In this document: in pieces, positions 20,083 through 29,462 of the stretch | Numbering within the stretch: the stretch's first letter is position 1 | How the letters are laid out: each line of letters opens with the position of its first letter | Assembly (NCBI GenBank): GCA_037442105.1 | Contig: JBBIQV010000003.1 | Span: 8,990 to 63,569, forward strand | DNA length: 54,580 nt | Source of the DNA: Nitrospiraceae bacterium | GTDB taxonomy: Bacteria; Nitrospirota; Nitrospiria; Nitrospirales; Nitrospiraceae | Direction: 5' to 3' | Program-made: the position numbers and the translations under genes | Notes under the pieces: model-generated | What the model saw: only the letters and a program-made list of their open reading frames with translations | What the model was told of the DNA's origin: nothing | Database searches by the model: none

Positions 20083-20529
20083 CTACCGTAGCTTCGCCCG
20101 CACCAAATCACTGATCTGTTTGCCATCCACGTTTTGGCCGGCCAGTCGCGCCATCACGGCTTTCATGACGGTGCCTATGTCCTTGGCGGACGAAGCGCCG
20201 GTTTCGCGAACCACGGTATCGATGAGCTGGGCAATTTCTTCCGGGGTGAGAGCTCGAGGGAGGTAGCCTTCGATGATGGCAATTTCTTTCAGTTCTTTTT
20301 GGACGAGGTCATCGCGGTGGCCCTTTCCAAACTGTTCCGCCGATTCCTTACGTTGCTTGATGAGGGCGGTCATGATGCGACTCATCTCAGCGTCGTCCAG
20401 GTCCTTCTTGAGTTCGATTTCTTTGTGCTGTATAGCGGCCTTGATCATCCGGATCACATCAATACGGAGTTGGTCCCTGGATTTCATGGCCTGCTTCAGG
20501 TCCTCGGCAAGACGATCGCGGAGCGACAT
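20083..20529 (-). CDS. GatB/YqeY domain protein
   Basis: Whole-length similarity to YqeY family (LKQAMKSRD ... IKAAIQHKEIE ... GKQISDLVRAKL). Confidence 0.85.
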   Translation of the reverse strand: MSLRDRLAEDLKQAMKSRDQLRIDVIRMIKAAIQHKEIELKKDLDDAEMSRIMTALIKQRKESAEQFGKGHRDDLVQKELKEIAIIEGYLPRALTPEEIAQLIDTVVRETGASSAKDIGTVMKAVMARLAGQNVDGKQISDLVRAKLR

Positions 20530-20716
20530 GACTTCCTCCCGGCTTGGATGAGCGACAACGAGTTGGTTGGAGAATACCCGGCCTTCCAGGGGCAGTCAAT
20601 GTTGCGCGGAGGGGTGTATGGAAGGGTGATGCTTTCCACCAAAAGGGGGAGTAAGATGAATTTGTTTTCTGTGCAGTCGTGGCGAAACGATCATGTTCTG
20701 ATCAAGGGGGAACGCC

Positions 20717-21361
20717 ATGGCTCAGTATGGCACGGTTCTTTACCCACCGATCGGTCTTCTTCTTGTGTTCGCCCTCGGCTGTCAATCCACGCTGCCTCCT
20801 CCTGAGCCGCGGACTTCGGCGAAGGGCACGATGGTGTCGTCGATCGCTGTTCCCATCGACGTTCAGCGGCTAGCCATCGTGTATCCGCAGACCAGCAATG
20901 CAGAGTTGCGAGATGCCTACGTGCGGCTGGAAGGGGCGACGTTTCAGCTTAAGGATCAGCGCCCTTCTTTGAAAATCGTCGATCGGTTCAATCTGCCCGC
21001 GTTGCTGACCGAGCACCGCCTCCAGTTCGGCGGGGCGGTATCGGAGGAGACAGCCATTCGGCTCGGACGGCTGTTAGGGGTCGACAGTGTCTTAATCTAC
21101 CGCATTGAGGGGCCTACTTGGCGTGATCGGCTCTTGGCCAGGCAACACAGTGACTTGCCGCCGGTGATCGTGATGAGTAAGATCATCAGGGTCGAGAGCG
21201 CCGAGGTCGTGTTTCATAATGTGGTCACGGCTCGTGTCGAGGACCAGCCGGAGTGGGAGTGGTCCTCGTCCGAATCCACCGATTTCCAGCGGTCCAGCCG
21301 CGCGGCCTTGGAGCGGGGGATCGCTCAAACGGTTGACGATCTCCGGCGTGCTTTTGAGTAG
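20717..21361 (+). CDS. Putative lipoprotein (lipobox LVFALGC)
   Basis: Signal peptide with Cys lipobox, RBS AAGGGGGA; no known domain recognised. Confidence 0.5.
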   Translation: MAQYGTVLYPPIGLLLVFALGCQSTLPPPEPRTSAKGTMVSSIAVPIDVQRLAIVYPQTSNAELRDAYVRLEGATFQLKDQRPSLKIVDRFNLPALLTEHRLQFGGAVSEETAIRLGRLLGVDSVLIYRIEGPTWRDRLLARQHSDLPPVIVMSKIIRVESAEVVFHNVVTARVEDQPEWEWSSSESTDFQRSSRAALERGIAQTVDDLRRAFE

Positions 21362-21407
21362 CACCGGAAGACGGCCTTCCTATTCACATAAAAACGAAGG
21401 AGCGGGT

Positions 21408-21629
21408 ATGACGACATCGGATTATCGAAGAACGAGCAAGTGGTCGAGAGGCATGGTATGCGGGGTTGTGTTCGTGGCAGGGATGAACCTAATTGCCTGC
21501 GCGGGTGATCCGCCGAAGTCGCCTCAGACCACGCCACAAGCGGTCCGCGGAAACGCCGAGCGCACCTTCGAGAAGCTCAAGCAAGAAGAACGCGAACGGG
21601 GCGCAGAGAATCAAGGGGTTCCGAGATAA
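21408..21629 (+). CDS. Small putative lipoprotein (73 aa)
   Basis: AGGAGCGGG RBS 5 nt before ATG; hydrophobic segment with LIAC lipobox; Lys/Glu-rich tail. Confidence 0.35.
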   Translation: MTTSDYRRTSKWSRGMVCGVVFVAGMNLIACAGDPPKSPQTTPQAVRGNAERTFEKLKQEERERGAENQGVPR

Positions 21630-21663
21630 GCAAAAGGGGATGGTCCGGCGAACGAGGAGAGGT

Positions 21664-23082
21664 TCACTCCAATCGTGTCCGTCGTGCCGGTAGCAAGTGA
21701 GCCAACGGTTTGATCAATGGAAGTTCCCATACCAGCCGGCGGGGAGCGATCCTTTCCACGGCCCTCGGTTCTCTGAACGTTCTTAGCAGGCCGGCCGACA
21801 CGATCAGCCGAAGCAGGCCGGAGACACAAAAGACCAGCGGGAGGTTCGAGGCAGGGTGGAGCGTGAGTGAGGCTACGCGGACCTCATCGGGGACCACGGT
21901 GGCAAGCCAGCTTCCCAGCATCGCGCCGAGAAACCAGCCCACCGCATTGATGGTGTTCGCAAGGGCCACTCCTGTAGGGCGGTCCTCCTGACGCACCGCA
22001 TCGAACACATAATTTTGCAGCCCCAGCGAAAATCCCGCCCACACCGCTCCCCCCAGGAAGTTGACGCACAACAAAAACGGAAGCGCGGTGCTGACCAGAT
22101 ACAGCATCGGTAAGAAGGGGATAATCGAACCGGTGAGAGTGAGGACTTGTCTGTTCCCGTACTGATCGCTGATCCGGCCCCAGTGCTTCAAAGTGAGAAA
22201 CTGGCCCAAGGTTCCCATGGCGAGCCAGGCGGCGTATTGGAGATAGGTGAAGTGCAAGTCACGGAGCATATAGATGACGAAAAATGGACCGGCAATCAGT
22301 ACGCAGACATGCATGAGTCCGGCAAACAGGAGGAAACGGCGAAAATCCACGGTGGCTCCGTGGATGAGAAACCGGCGGAAACCGCCGGCCGTCTTAGCCC
22401 GTGATACGGCGCGAGGCTCCGTAAGCTGAGAAAGATAAAATGTCGACAGGCCTCGCGATATAGCAGCGGCCAGAAAGATCAGTGCGAATCCCACCCAAGC
22501 CGCATCCCATCTTTGGCCCACATTCAGCAGGATTCCTCCACCGCACAAGGCGACAAAACTGGCAACGGCCATCAACCGGGACCGCCGGGCGAAATAGATG
22601 CCTCGCTGGTTTGGATCGACGAGATCCGTGATCAAGCTGTTCCATGGCGGGACTGTGAAGTGTCCGAACGCAAAGTAGAGCACGACACAGCCGATCAAGA
22701 ACCAGGCTCCGTAGTCCGGAATGAGTAGCGGCAGAGCCAAGATGGGAATCCAGGACAAGGTCTGGCCTGTCGCTCCAAAGAGGACCAGCGCCTTCCGGTG
22801 GGGAAACCGGTTCAAGATTTTCACGGAAAAGAGCTGCGCCCAGGTGCCGACTAATTGGGGAAGTGCCGAAAGAATCCCGATCTGCAAGGGAGTCGCGTGC
22901 AGGAGGAGCGCGAAAGCAGATAGGTAGTTCTCTCCTCCGCCGAGCGCGAGGGCTTGGCATCCGCCGTCTCGAATCCCGGCGCGCAGGCTTCGTTCTTGCG
23001 GCGTCTCTCGGGAAGGTTGTTCAACAGGATTCGAAACGGTCACATTCAATCTCACGGAAGGGCGCCAGCTTTTCGGCGACAA
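21664..23082 (-). CDS. MFS transporter
   Basis: 12 predicted hydrophobic helices, MFS-like loop motifs; 472 aa. Confidence 0.85.
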   Translation of the reverse strand: MSPKSWRPSVRLNVTVSNPVEQPSRETPQERSLRAGIRDGGCQALALGGGENYLSAFALLLHATPLQIGILSALPQLVGTWAQLFSVKILNRFPHRKALVLFGATGQTLSWIPILALPLLIPDYGAWFLIGCVVLYFAFGHFTVPPWNSLITDLVDPNQRGIYFARRSRLMAVASFVALCGGGILLNVGQRWDAAWVGFALIFLAAAISRGLSTFYLSQLTEPRAVSRAKTAGGFRRFLIHGATVDFRRFLLFAGLMHVCVLIAGPFFVIYMLRDLHFTYLQYAAWLAMGTLGQFLTLKHWGRISDQYGNRQVLTLTGSIIPFLPMLYLVSTALPFLLCVNFLGGAVWAGFSLGLQNYVFDAVRQEDRPTGVALANTINAVGWFLGAMLGSWLATVVPDEVRVASLTLHPASNLPLVFCVSGLLRLIVSAGLLRTFREPRAVERIAPRRLVWELPLIKPLAHLLPARRTRLE

Positions 23083-23247
23083 GAGGGGCAGAGTTGACGA
23101 TCACCCCGCTGGGAGCGATTATAACAGATAAGAGTACTCACGCTATTTCATCGGTTGGTGTGGAGCAAAGATTGACCAGTTTCTTTTTGCTCGATAGGAT
23201 GACGATGGTGATTCCGCATTCTCGTGACGGTTCGTGGGGAACTCAAA

Positions 23248-23300
23248 ATAGCGAACAGCTCATAGCGGGCAGCGAGTAGCTCAGAGTTATTCGCTCCTTG
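23248..23300. repeat. Second copy of the palindromic intergenic element seen upstream of tRNA-Ala
   Basis: AATAGCGAACAGCTCATAGCGGGCAGCGAGTAGCTCAGAGTTATTCGCT shares ordered words with 15299-15345. Confidence 0.3.
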
Positions 23301-23376
23301 GCGTGTATAGCAGAAGCGCTGATGAACAATGCGGACTAGTCCTCGATCCTCCAAGCAGGTCACAAGGAGGGTGGAC

Positions 23377-24009
23377 ATGATGCTCTATACAATACATGCG
23401 CAGCGGCTCATGGTGGGCTTGGTGGCTGGGGCCGTGGTGTTGGGGAGTGCGGGCGCAACGGTTGCGGCGAGGGATTTACTGGCCCCCAAGGAGCAAAGCC
23501 AGACCGAGATTGACTCGACGCAAAGTCCATCTTTCGATATCCAGCGAAAGGGTGTCCCTCAATCGATTTTCGTTTGGATCAAGATGGCCCGGAACTATGA
23601 AGTCGAGTGGGATAGCTTCGGGCGGAAAGGGTGGTATACCCAGGATCCTCGCCTGAAGCCGGTCGACCCGACTTCGGTCTTTACACCCGACAGCCCGGCC
23701 GTCTATATCGTGTTCGAAGTGGCCCCGCTCGAAGATCCCGCACAATTCAGCGCCCAATGGTTTCTGGAGGGGGAAGGGGGAACAATTCCAGCGACGCCGA
23801 TTGGGTCGGATAGTTTGGAAGTGCCGGGCCATGAGCGGTATGGGTTCCTTGAACTCAAGAAGCCTGCCGGCGAATGGACGAAAGGGACCTACCTAGTCAA
23901 GCTCTTCATCACCCCGCTCGGCCAACAGCCGTTCCATGCAGCAAATCAAGTGGGGACTATGCGGTTCACCATCACGGACCAGCCCGTCAAGGCCAGCTCC
24001 CCGAACTAA
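23377..24009 (+). CDS. Secreted hypothetical protein
   Basis: AGGAGGG RBS, N-terminal signal-like hydrophobic stretch (LMVGLVAGAVVLGSAGATVAA). Confidence 0.5.
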   Translation: MMLYTIHAQRLMVGLVAGAVVLGSAGATVAARDLLAPKEQSQTEIDSTQSPSFDIQRKGVPQSIFVWIKMARNYEVEWDSFGRKGWYTQDPRLKPVDPTSVFTPDSPAVYIVFEVAPLEDPAQFSAQWFLEGEGGTIPATPIGSDSLEVPGHERYGFLELKKPAGEWTKGTYLVKLFITPLGQQPFHAANQVGTMRFTITDQPVKASSPN

Positions 24010-24045
24010 CCGATTCCGACACGCAAAAAAGAGGGGCGAAGAGGT

Positions 24046-24318
24046 ATGAAGGAAACCGATCCTGAGAAACTTGCGCTGCTCTATGAACGATTCAAGGATG
24101 TGTGCCTGGTCGAAAAAGAAGTCTGGACGGAAATCTTCATGCCCCGCGAGTTCCAACAGGGGGCGGTGCGGACGAACATGCAGGACCGGTATCAGGTGGT
24201 GATCGACGATCGAGCGGTGGAGGCGGCTCTTGAAGCGAATATCCCGCTTGGTGGAAAGGCGTTAGCGACGGCGATTCAGAAATATAAAACCCACATCAGC
24301 TTCGTCAAAAAAAGCTGA
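24046..24318 (+). CDS. Hypothetical protein (90 aa)
   Basis: ORF with GAGGGG RBS; no motif recognised. Confidence 0.35.
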   Translation: MKETDPEKLALLYERFKDVCLVEKEVWTEIFMPREFQQGAVRTNMQDRYQVVIDDRAVEAALEANIPLGGKALATAIQKYKTHISFVKKS

Positions 24319-24384
24319 ACCGGGGAACCGGCACGGATCAACTCAATGCCGGTTCCTCAGCTTGCCTGTCTGCAAGTTCGAGTC

Positions 24385-25302
24385 TTACAGTCGCTGCAAC
24401 GCCGCAATCCGTTCTTCGATCGGCGGATGCGTGGCGAAGAGATGGATGAAGCCGGAGGAGTTCCCTGCGATCTTCATGGTGGCCAAGGCGTCCTGACCGG
24501 AGTATTCAAACTGGGCCCGGTTGACCCAGCGGTCGATGCCGCGCAACGCTCCGATCATCGAATCCTTTCCATAGACTCTGGCGGAGAAGGCATCGGCCGC
24601 ATATTCCCGCCGGCGCGAATGCCAGCTCACGACCAGCATGGCCAGGAACGACAAGACCACCTGCAAGAAGATATACACGATCATGGCCAGGAATGGATTG
24701 CCCGCGGAGCCGCCTTCTTCGCGGTCTCCCTGCGGCTGCCCCACCAGTGACGACAGGAAGTTGCTGATGTAGTGTACGAAGGTGTTCATCAATCCTGCCA
24801 GCACGGTCGTGGTGAACATGTCGCCGTTGAAGACATGCCCCATCTCGTGGGCAAGGACGGCCTTGACCTCCTCCTCCCTCAAGTTCTGAAGAAGGCCGGT
24901 CGAGACGGCGACCATCGAGTTATTCTTGCTGGGGCCGGTGGCAAAGGCGTTGGGGTCCGGCGAGTCATAGACCCAGACCTCCGGCATGTTGATATGGAGG
25001 CGCTGTGCGATCTCTTGCACCGACCCATAGATGACGTGCTCGGCATGAGAGCGGGGCTGCTCGATCTGTTGGCAGTCCAGCATGGCGCGGGCCATTTGCT
25101 TGGAGAAGGCCAAGCTGATGAACGCGCCGCCGAAGCCGATGACGAGCGACCATACCAACAACTGCTGGCTGAACACCCCGCGCACGTCGATGCCGAACGC
25201 CGGCAGGACGACGTTGACGAGCAAGTTCGCCGTAAACGACAGGGTCAAGTAGATGAGAAAGTTTGCGATGAGAAACAGCCCAATACCCTTCAACCACTTC
25301 AT
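24385..25302 (-). CDS. htpX: Zinc metalloprotease HtpX (M48 family)
   Basis: HEMGHV zinc motif, four TM segments, AAGGAGGA RBS. Confidence 0.9.
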   Translation of the reverse strand: MKWLKGIGLFLIANFLIYLTLSFTANLLVNVVLPAFGIDVRGVFSQQLLVWSLVIGFGGAFISLAFSKQMARAMLDCQQIEQPRSHAEHVIYGSVQEIAQRLHINMPEVWVYDSPDPNAFATGPSKNNSMVAVSTGLLQNLREEEVKAVLAHEMGHVFNGDMFTTTVLAGLMNTFVHYISNFLSSLVGQPQGDREEGGSAGNPFLAMIVYIFLQVVLSFLAMLVVSWHSRRREYAADAFSARVYGKDSMIGALRGIDRWVNRAQFEYSGQDALATMKIAGNSSGFIHLFATHPPIEERIAALQRL

Positions 25303-25518
25303 CTAGACATCCTCCTTCAGAATGACTGGTCGACACATGGGGAAACGGGACGAACTCATTATACAAACGAGTCTGCGAAAATGCATCTTGCCAAAGAATC
25401 CCTGATGACAGTGCTATATGAAATAAGGCGTCTTGCGGAAAGGTCAAGGGACTGGAAGTGCCTGATAAGGTTGAGCCAAAGTTGACCGTCCTCCTCCCTT
25501 CTGTTAGAACACATCATC

Positions 25519-25932
25519 GTGAAACGGTTGAAGCAGGTCGTGAGCGGCTTTCTCTTCGTCGGACTCGTGGCCTCGTCGGCTGCTGCCGGAGAGGTCGCAA
25601 TGCCGGCCCTGCCGGTGGTCGTTCCGATTTCGGCTGATGGGGTTCAACGAGCCACCATTATTCTCGACAGCTACTCCTATTCGCCCGGTCATCTGATCGT
25701 CGAGGTCGGCAAGCCGGTGGAATTATTGTTGACCAGCGTGACGATCATTACACCGCACAACTTTATCATCAAAGAATTGGCCATCGAGCAGGATGTGGGA
25801 GCCGGCAAGACGATTGCCGTCACGTTCACGCCAACCCAGGTCGGCACGTTTGCCATCTATTGCGACAAGAAATTGCCGTTCTTCCCCAGCCATCGGGAGA
25901 AGGGGATGGGAGGCAAGCTCGAAGTGCGCTAG
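25519..25932 (+). CDS. Cupredoxin-like domain protein, secreted
   Basis: Signal peptide; beta-sandwich cupredoxin-like sequence with C-terminal CDKKLPFFPSHREKGM (Cys...His...Met ligand-like spacing). GTG start. Confidence 0.55.
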   Translation: MKRLKQVVSGFLFVGLVASSAAAGEVAMPALPVVVPISADGVQRATIILDSYSYSPGHLIVEVGKPVELLLTSVTIITPHNFIIKELAIEQDVGAGKTIAVTFTPTQVGTFAIYCDKKLPFFPSHREKGMGGKLEVR

Positions 25933-25937
25933 CAGGT

Positions 25938-26984
25938 GTGCTTACGGCTACCGATTCTCACAAAGACGAACTGCTCCGCGATCTCCTCAAGCAAGTCTCC
26001 CGTCTCTTCTATACGACGTTGGTTGTCGTTCCGGCGGGTGTGCGCGATCAAGTCAGCCTCGCCTACATGTTTGCCCGCGCCGCCGATACGATTGCCGATA
26101 CGGAGCTAATCGACCGGTCCCGCCGCCTGGATTTTCTCAGCCAGCTCAAAGGGCAGTTCGCCGGCGATCAGATATCCTGGGCGCAAGTCCACGAGATTCA
26201 ACGAGCGGTGGCACCGTTCCAGCAGGATTCAGCCGAGCGAGTGCTGCTCGAACGATTGGAAGACTGCTTCCGGCTCTTTCTGGACTTCTCACCAGACGAC
26301 CGGCGTCGGGTACAACGGCTCATGACGACGTTGACGCAAGGAATGGAGATGGACCTCACCGTCTTCCCCGGCAAGTCGGCGGAGGATCTCAGAGCCCTCA
26401 AGACGCTCGAAGACTTGGATCGCTACACCTACTATGTCGCAGGCTGCGTCGGTGAATTCTGGACCGATCTGATGTGCGCGCATCGGCGCGCACTGTCCGC
26501 GTGGAACGTGCGGGAAATGTCCGAAGTCGGCGTGCGGTTCGGGAAGGGCTTGCAATTGACGAACATCGTGAAAGATGTCGCGCACGATCTCCAGCGTGGG
26601 CGCTGTTATGTGCCGGAACCGATGCTTCAAGAAGCTGGGCTGAAGCCGCATGATTTGCTTGACCAACAGAATCTTCCGCGCTTCCGGCCGGTGCTGAGTA
26701 AGCTTGTCCGCACGGCAGTGGAGCATCTCGATCAAGGTTGGCTGTACACGATGGCGATCCCACGGTATGAAACGCGACTCCGGCTCTCCTGCATGTGGCC
26801 GATCCTCTCCGCCGGCGAATCCCTCAAGCTGGTGATGACCTCGCCCGATCTTCTGAATCCGGCCGTGAAAGTGAAAATCCCGCGCAGCAAGGTCTATCAG
26901 ATTATGGCCTTGACGACCCTCACCGGCGCCTGCGGCTACGTGGGCACGGCTTATTGGGGCCGACTGCGGAAGCAGATCATGTAA
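25938..26984 (+). CDS. Squalene/phytoene synthase family protein (HpnC/HpnD/CrtB-like trans-isoprenyl diphosphate synthase head-to-head fold)
   Basis: KQVSRLFYTTLVVVPAGVRDQVSLAYMFARAADTIADT matches the SQS_PSY N-terminal signature; Asp-rich regions present. GTG start just after the cupredoxin stop; the ORF-track start overlaps the upstream gene. Confidence 0.75.
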   Translation: MLTATDSHKDELLRDLLKQVSRLFYTTLVVVPAGVRDQVSLAYMFARAADTIADTELIDRSRRLDFLSQLKGQFAGDQISWAQVHEIQRAVAPFQQDSAERVLLERLEDCFRLFLDFSPDDRRRVQRLMTTLTQGMEMDLTVFPGKSAEDLRALKTLEDLDRYTYYVAGCVGEFWTDLMCAHRRALSAWNVREMSEVGVRFGKGLQLTNIVKDVAHDLQRGRCYVPEPMLQEAGLKPHDLLDQQNLPRFRPVLSKLVRTAVEHLDQGWLYTMAIPRYETRLRLSCMWPILSAGESLKLVMTSPDLLNPAVKVKIPRSKVYQIMALTTLTGACGYVGTAYWGRLRKQIM

Positions 26985-27055
26985 GTCCGTTGACAGACAA
27001 AACACACTGCGTATATCCTGCTGTATATACAAGCAGGGGAGGAAGTTTCTTGGCC

Positions 27056-27292
27056 ATGAAGACTGCCAAGCTTTTCATGAGTGGGAATAGCCAGGCTGTC
27101 CGGCTTCCGAAAGAGTTTCAGATGGACGGCGAAGAAGTCGAAATCCGGAGAAGAGGAGACACGGTCATCCTTCGTCCCAAAAAGAAATCGTGGGTGATGC
27201 TGGCAGAGAGCCTCAAGAAATTCTCCGACGACTTCATGGAGCAGGGGCGGAAACAGCCGCTGGCACAAAAGCGAAAGCATGCTTTTTCATGA
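27056..27292 (+). CDS. vapB: VapB antitoxin (AbrB/SpoVT/MazE-type swapped-hairpin)
   Basis: MKTAKLFMSGNSQAVRLPKEF typical VapB N-terminus; AGGGGAGGAAG RBS; stop overlaps vapC start (ATGA). Confidence 0.85.
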   Translation: MKTAKLFMSGNSQAVRLPKEFQMDGEEVEIRRRGDTVILRPKKKSWVMLAESLKKFSDDFMEQGRKQPLAQKRKHAFS

Positions 27293-27687
27293 AGGCTATG
27301 CTGGACACAAACATGTGCATCTACCTCATCAAGAAGCAGCCGCAGTCCGTACTCGAACGGTTCGCGGAATTTCCAGTTGGAGAGGTTGGAATTTCTGTCG
27401 TCACATTGGCGGAGTTGGAATACGGAGCCAGCAAGAGCCGTCATCCCGTGAAGAATCGCGCCGCCCTTGATCAGTTCATTGCGCCACTGGAAGTCGCGGA
27501 CTTCGATCGGGAGGCGACGGTGGTCTATGGGCGGATTCGGGCGGCGTTGGAGGCGCGCGGACGGCCTGTTGGTGCGATGGATCTCTTGATCGCCGCGCAC
27601 GCACTCAGCCTCGGTGCGCGATTGATCACCAACAATGTCAGAGAATTGTCCCGCGTGCCCGGTCTCCGCGTTGAGAACTGGACGTAA
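27289..27687 (+). CDS. vapC: VapC PIN-domain toxin
   Basis: MLDTNMCIYLIK (first Asp), TLAELEYGA, DLLIAAHALSLGARLITNN (PIN acidic residues); 132 aa. Confidence 0.9.
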   Translation: MKAMLDTNMCIYLIKKQPQSVLERFAEFPVGEVGISVVTLAELEYGASKSRHPVKNRAALDQFIAPLEVADFDREATVVYGRIRAALEARGRPVGAMDLLIAAHALSLGARLITNNVRELSRVPGLRVENWT

Positions 27688-27708
27688 GCAACCCTGCGAC
27701 AGGCGGGG

Positions 27709-28143
27709 ATGAATCACCACCGGGCAGGCCGACTGGACAAGTATGAAGTCACGAACAAGCGGTTCGCGGCCTTTGTGGGGGAGACCCGTTACGTGACGAC
27801 GGCGGAGGAGGAAGACAACGCCTATGCCAACCGGGGCGGTACACAGACGATCTACTGGTGGGGCGATGGGAATCCCGGCTCTCGGCGAGTGGCGAACATC
27901 GGGGATGAAGCCGCCAAACGGAAGTTCCCCATCTGGACGATCATGGCCGGGTACGACGACGGCTATGTCCGGACCGCGCCAGTGGGCTCGTTTGAGCCCA
28001 ATCGGTTCGGCCTCCACGACACGACCGGTAACGTGTGGGAATGGACGGCGGATTGGTATGGGAATGACTACTACGCGACGAGTCCTGAACGGAATCCCAA
28101 GGGGCCGTCCAGCGGTACATGGCGTGTGCTCCGTTCGTGCTGA
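27709..28143 (+). pseudogene. Fragment of a formylglycine-generating-enzyme (FGE/SUMF1)-family domain gene; lacks N-terminus/signal and the C-terminal RGGSW...Cys segment
   Basis: RLDKYEVTNKRFAAFV ... GNVWEWTADWY ... WRVLR match FGE-sulfatase domain blocks, but the ORF begins right after the vapC stop and terminates before the conserved C-terminal blocks in every frame. Confidence 0.65.
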
Positions 28144-28249
28144 GCCCTCCGATAAACTACCCGTTCGTCCTGGAGGCTCTCGAAGGAGACGGTTGGTTTT
28201 CTCTGGACAGGCTTGTCGAAGCATGAACGGCTGATGGCGGAATGAGTCC

Positions 28250-28494
28250 ATGAGCTTCTGGGTGTCTGTGCTCCGGTGTGTTGACGGATCGTATTACACG
28301 GGACACACCGACAACCTCGAACAGCGCGTGGCGGAACACCAGTTGGGGGAGGTGTGGGGGGTACTCAAACCCGGCGTTCCGTGGTGTTACTCTATGGCGA
28401 AACGTTCAGTACCCGTGAAGAGGCTTTGGCCTGTGAGCGCCAAATCAAGGGCTGGAGTCGGAAGAAGAAAGAAGCCATGATGCGGGGGGATTAG
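28250..28494 (+). pseudogene. GIY-YIG nuclease (UPF0213/YhbQ-like), disrupted by a +/-1 frameshift
   Basis: Frame 0 gives FWVSVLRCVDGSYYTGHTDNLEQRVAEHQLGE. The conserved continuation (TQTRRSVVLLYGETFSTREEALACERQIKGWSRKKKEA) is in the +1 frame. The shift lies at a G6 run near 28340. Confidence 0.65.
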
Positions 28495-28504
28495 GCGGAA
28501 GTCT

Positions 28505-28590
28505 CTCAGCTCGCCACGGGCGGACGTCCGGCTCGATAAACTCACCGCAGACGGTTCGACAAGCTCACCACGGGCTTCGAAGACCTGTCC
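28505..28590. repeat. Three degenerate ~23-bp tandem repeats (consensus approx. AARCTCRCCRCRGRCGGNTCGA)
   Basis: CAGCTCGCCACGGGCGG... / AAACTCACCGCAGACGGTTCGAC / AAGCTCACCACGGGCTTCGAAGAC read directly from sequence, downstream of the GIY-YIG remnant. Confidence 0.3.
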
Positions 28591-28781
28591 TGAGCCCATT
28601 CGTCCTCCTCATATGCTCCTCTATATCCGACCTCAAATGCCGCGCGCCCGCTTGCCAGTCGTCGGTGGTGTAGCCGACGCGGCGGGTGAGGAAGATGAAC
28701 TCGTCGGAGTCGGCCGGCGGGAGTACTAAATCTTTGGCGTTGCTGCGCACCATGCGCAAGCGGTCGATCAGCCTGCAGATG

Positions 28782-29126
28782 CTAACGCCGGCGGACACCT
28801 TTACGAAGGATGGTTCTTTTAGTTTGGGTTTCGCGGCGGGCAGAGAGCCATTTCTGAAAGGAGGCCTGACTTTCTCCCGACGGCTTGCCGGCCAAGAGTC
28901 CGTCGATGCCGATATCCTCGTCGAGCAAGTCCCAATGAATGCCACGTCCTCGCCCGATTAACCGCCAGCGCTTTCGTTCCGTTTGCGTCGCGTGGACTAA
29001 GCGTGGGAACCAATCGAGCGGCACCGACAGACTTCGTCCATCGCTGAGTTCGACCGTCAACGTATCATTTGTAATGGTCACAGATTCCGCGGTGGGAATG
29101 GCAACATCAATTGCCAAAGTATTCAT
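28782..29126 (-). CDS. DUF2442 domain protein
   Basis: MNTLAIDV ... ITNDTLTVELSDGRSLSVPLDWFPRLVHATQTERKRWRLIGRGRGIHWDLLDEDI matches the DUF2442 pattern; start at internal Met, overlapping the upstream DUF4160 gene by 20 nt. Confidence 0.7.
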   Translation of the reverse strand: MNTLAIDVAIPTAESVTITNDTLTVELSDGRSLSVPLDWFPRLVHATQTERKRWRLIGRGRGIHWDLLDEDIGIDGLLAGKPSGESQASFQKWLSARRETQTKRTILRKGVRRR

Positions 29127-29343
29127 GCCATGCCTCCTTAAGGCGATCCTGGTGCACGTGCACCAATTGCCGAACACGGTTCAATTCAGACCGCGAAAAT
29201 CCTCCGCTTTCTTGAAGTCGAACAGGTGAAAGCCAAAACTTGGCCACCTTATCCTCCCGCTCCACATGTACATGGAGTGGTTCATCACGATCGCCTGCAT
29301 AAAAGAAGAAGCGGTACGGGCCAGATCTCAATACAGTAGGCAT
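29107..29343 (-). CDS. DUF4160 domain protein
   Basis: MPTVLRSGPYRFFFYAGDRDEPLHVHVE is the DUF4160 hallmark; commonly paired with DUF2442. Confidence 0.8.
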   Translation of the reverse strand: MPTVLRSGPYRFFFYAGDRDEPLHVHVEREDKVAKFWLSPVRLQESGGFSRSELNRVRQLVHVHQDRLKEAWHEYFGN

Positions 29344-29462
29344 ACTACTCGATCCGGACCCTATATTAGCACGGTCTCAGCGGCGAGAAACCCTCAATAT
29401 GCACCCCAGAGTCACACAATGCCAAAGAACAAATAAAAACTACAGCGCACCAAATGACCGTT

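Noticed and set aside
27118-28251. 377-aa minus-strand ORF spanning vapC and the FGE fragment
   Set aside because: Antisense to two features with clear plus-strand homology; GC-rich open-frame artefact.
28565-28945. 126-aa minus-strand ORF overlapping the DUF2442 gene
   Set aside because: Out of frame with the well-supported DUF2442 gene and covers the degenerate tandem repeats; no motif.
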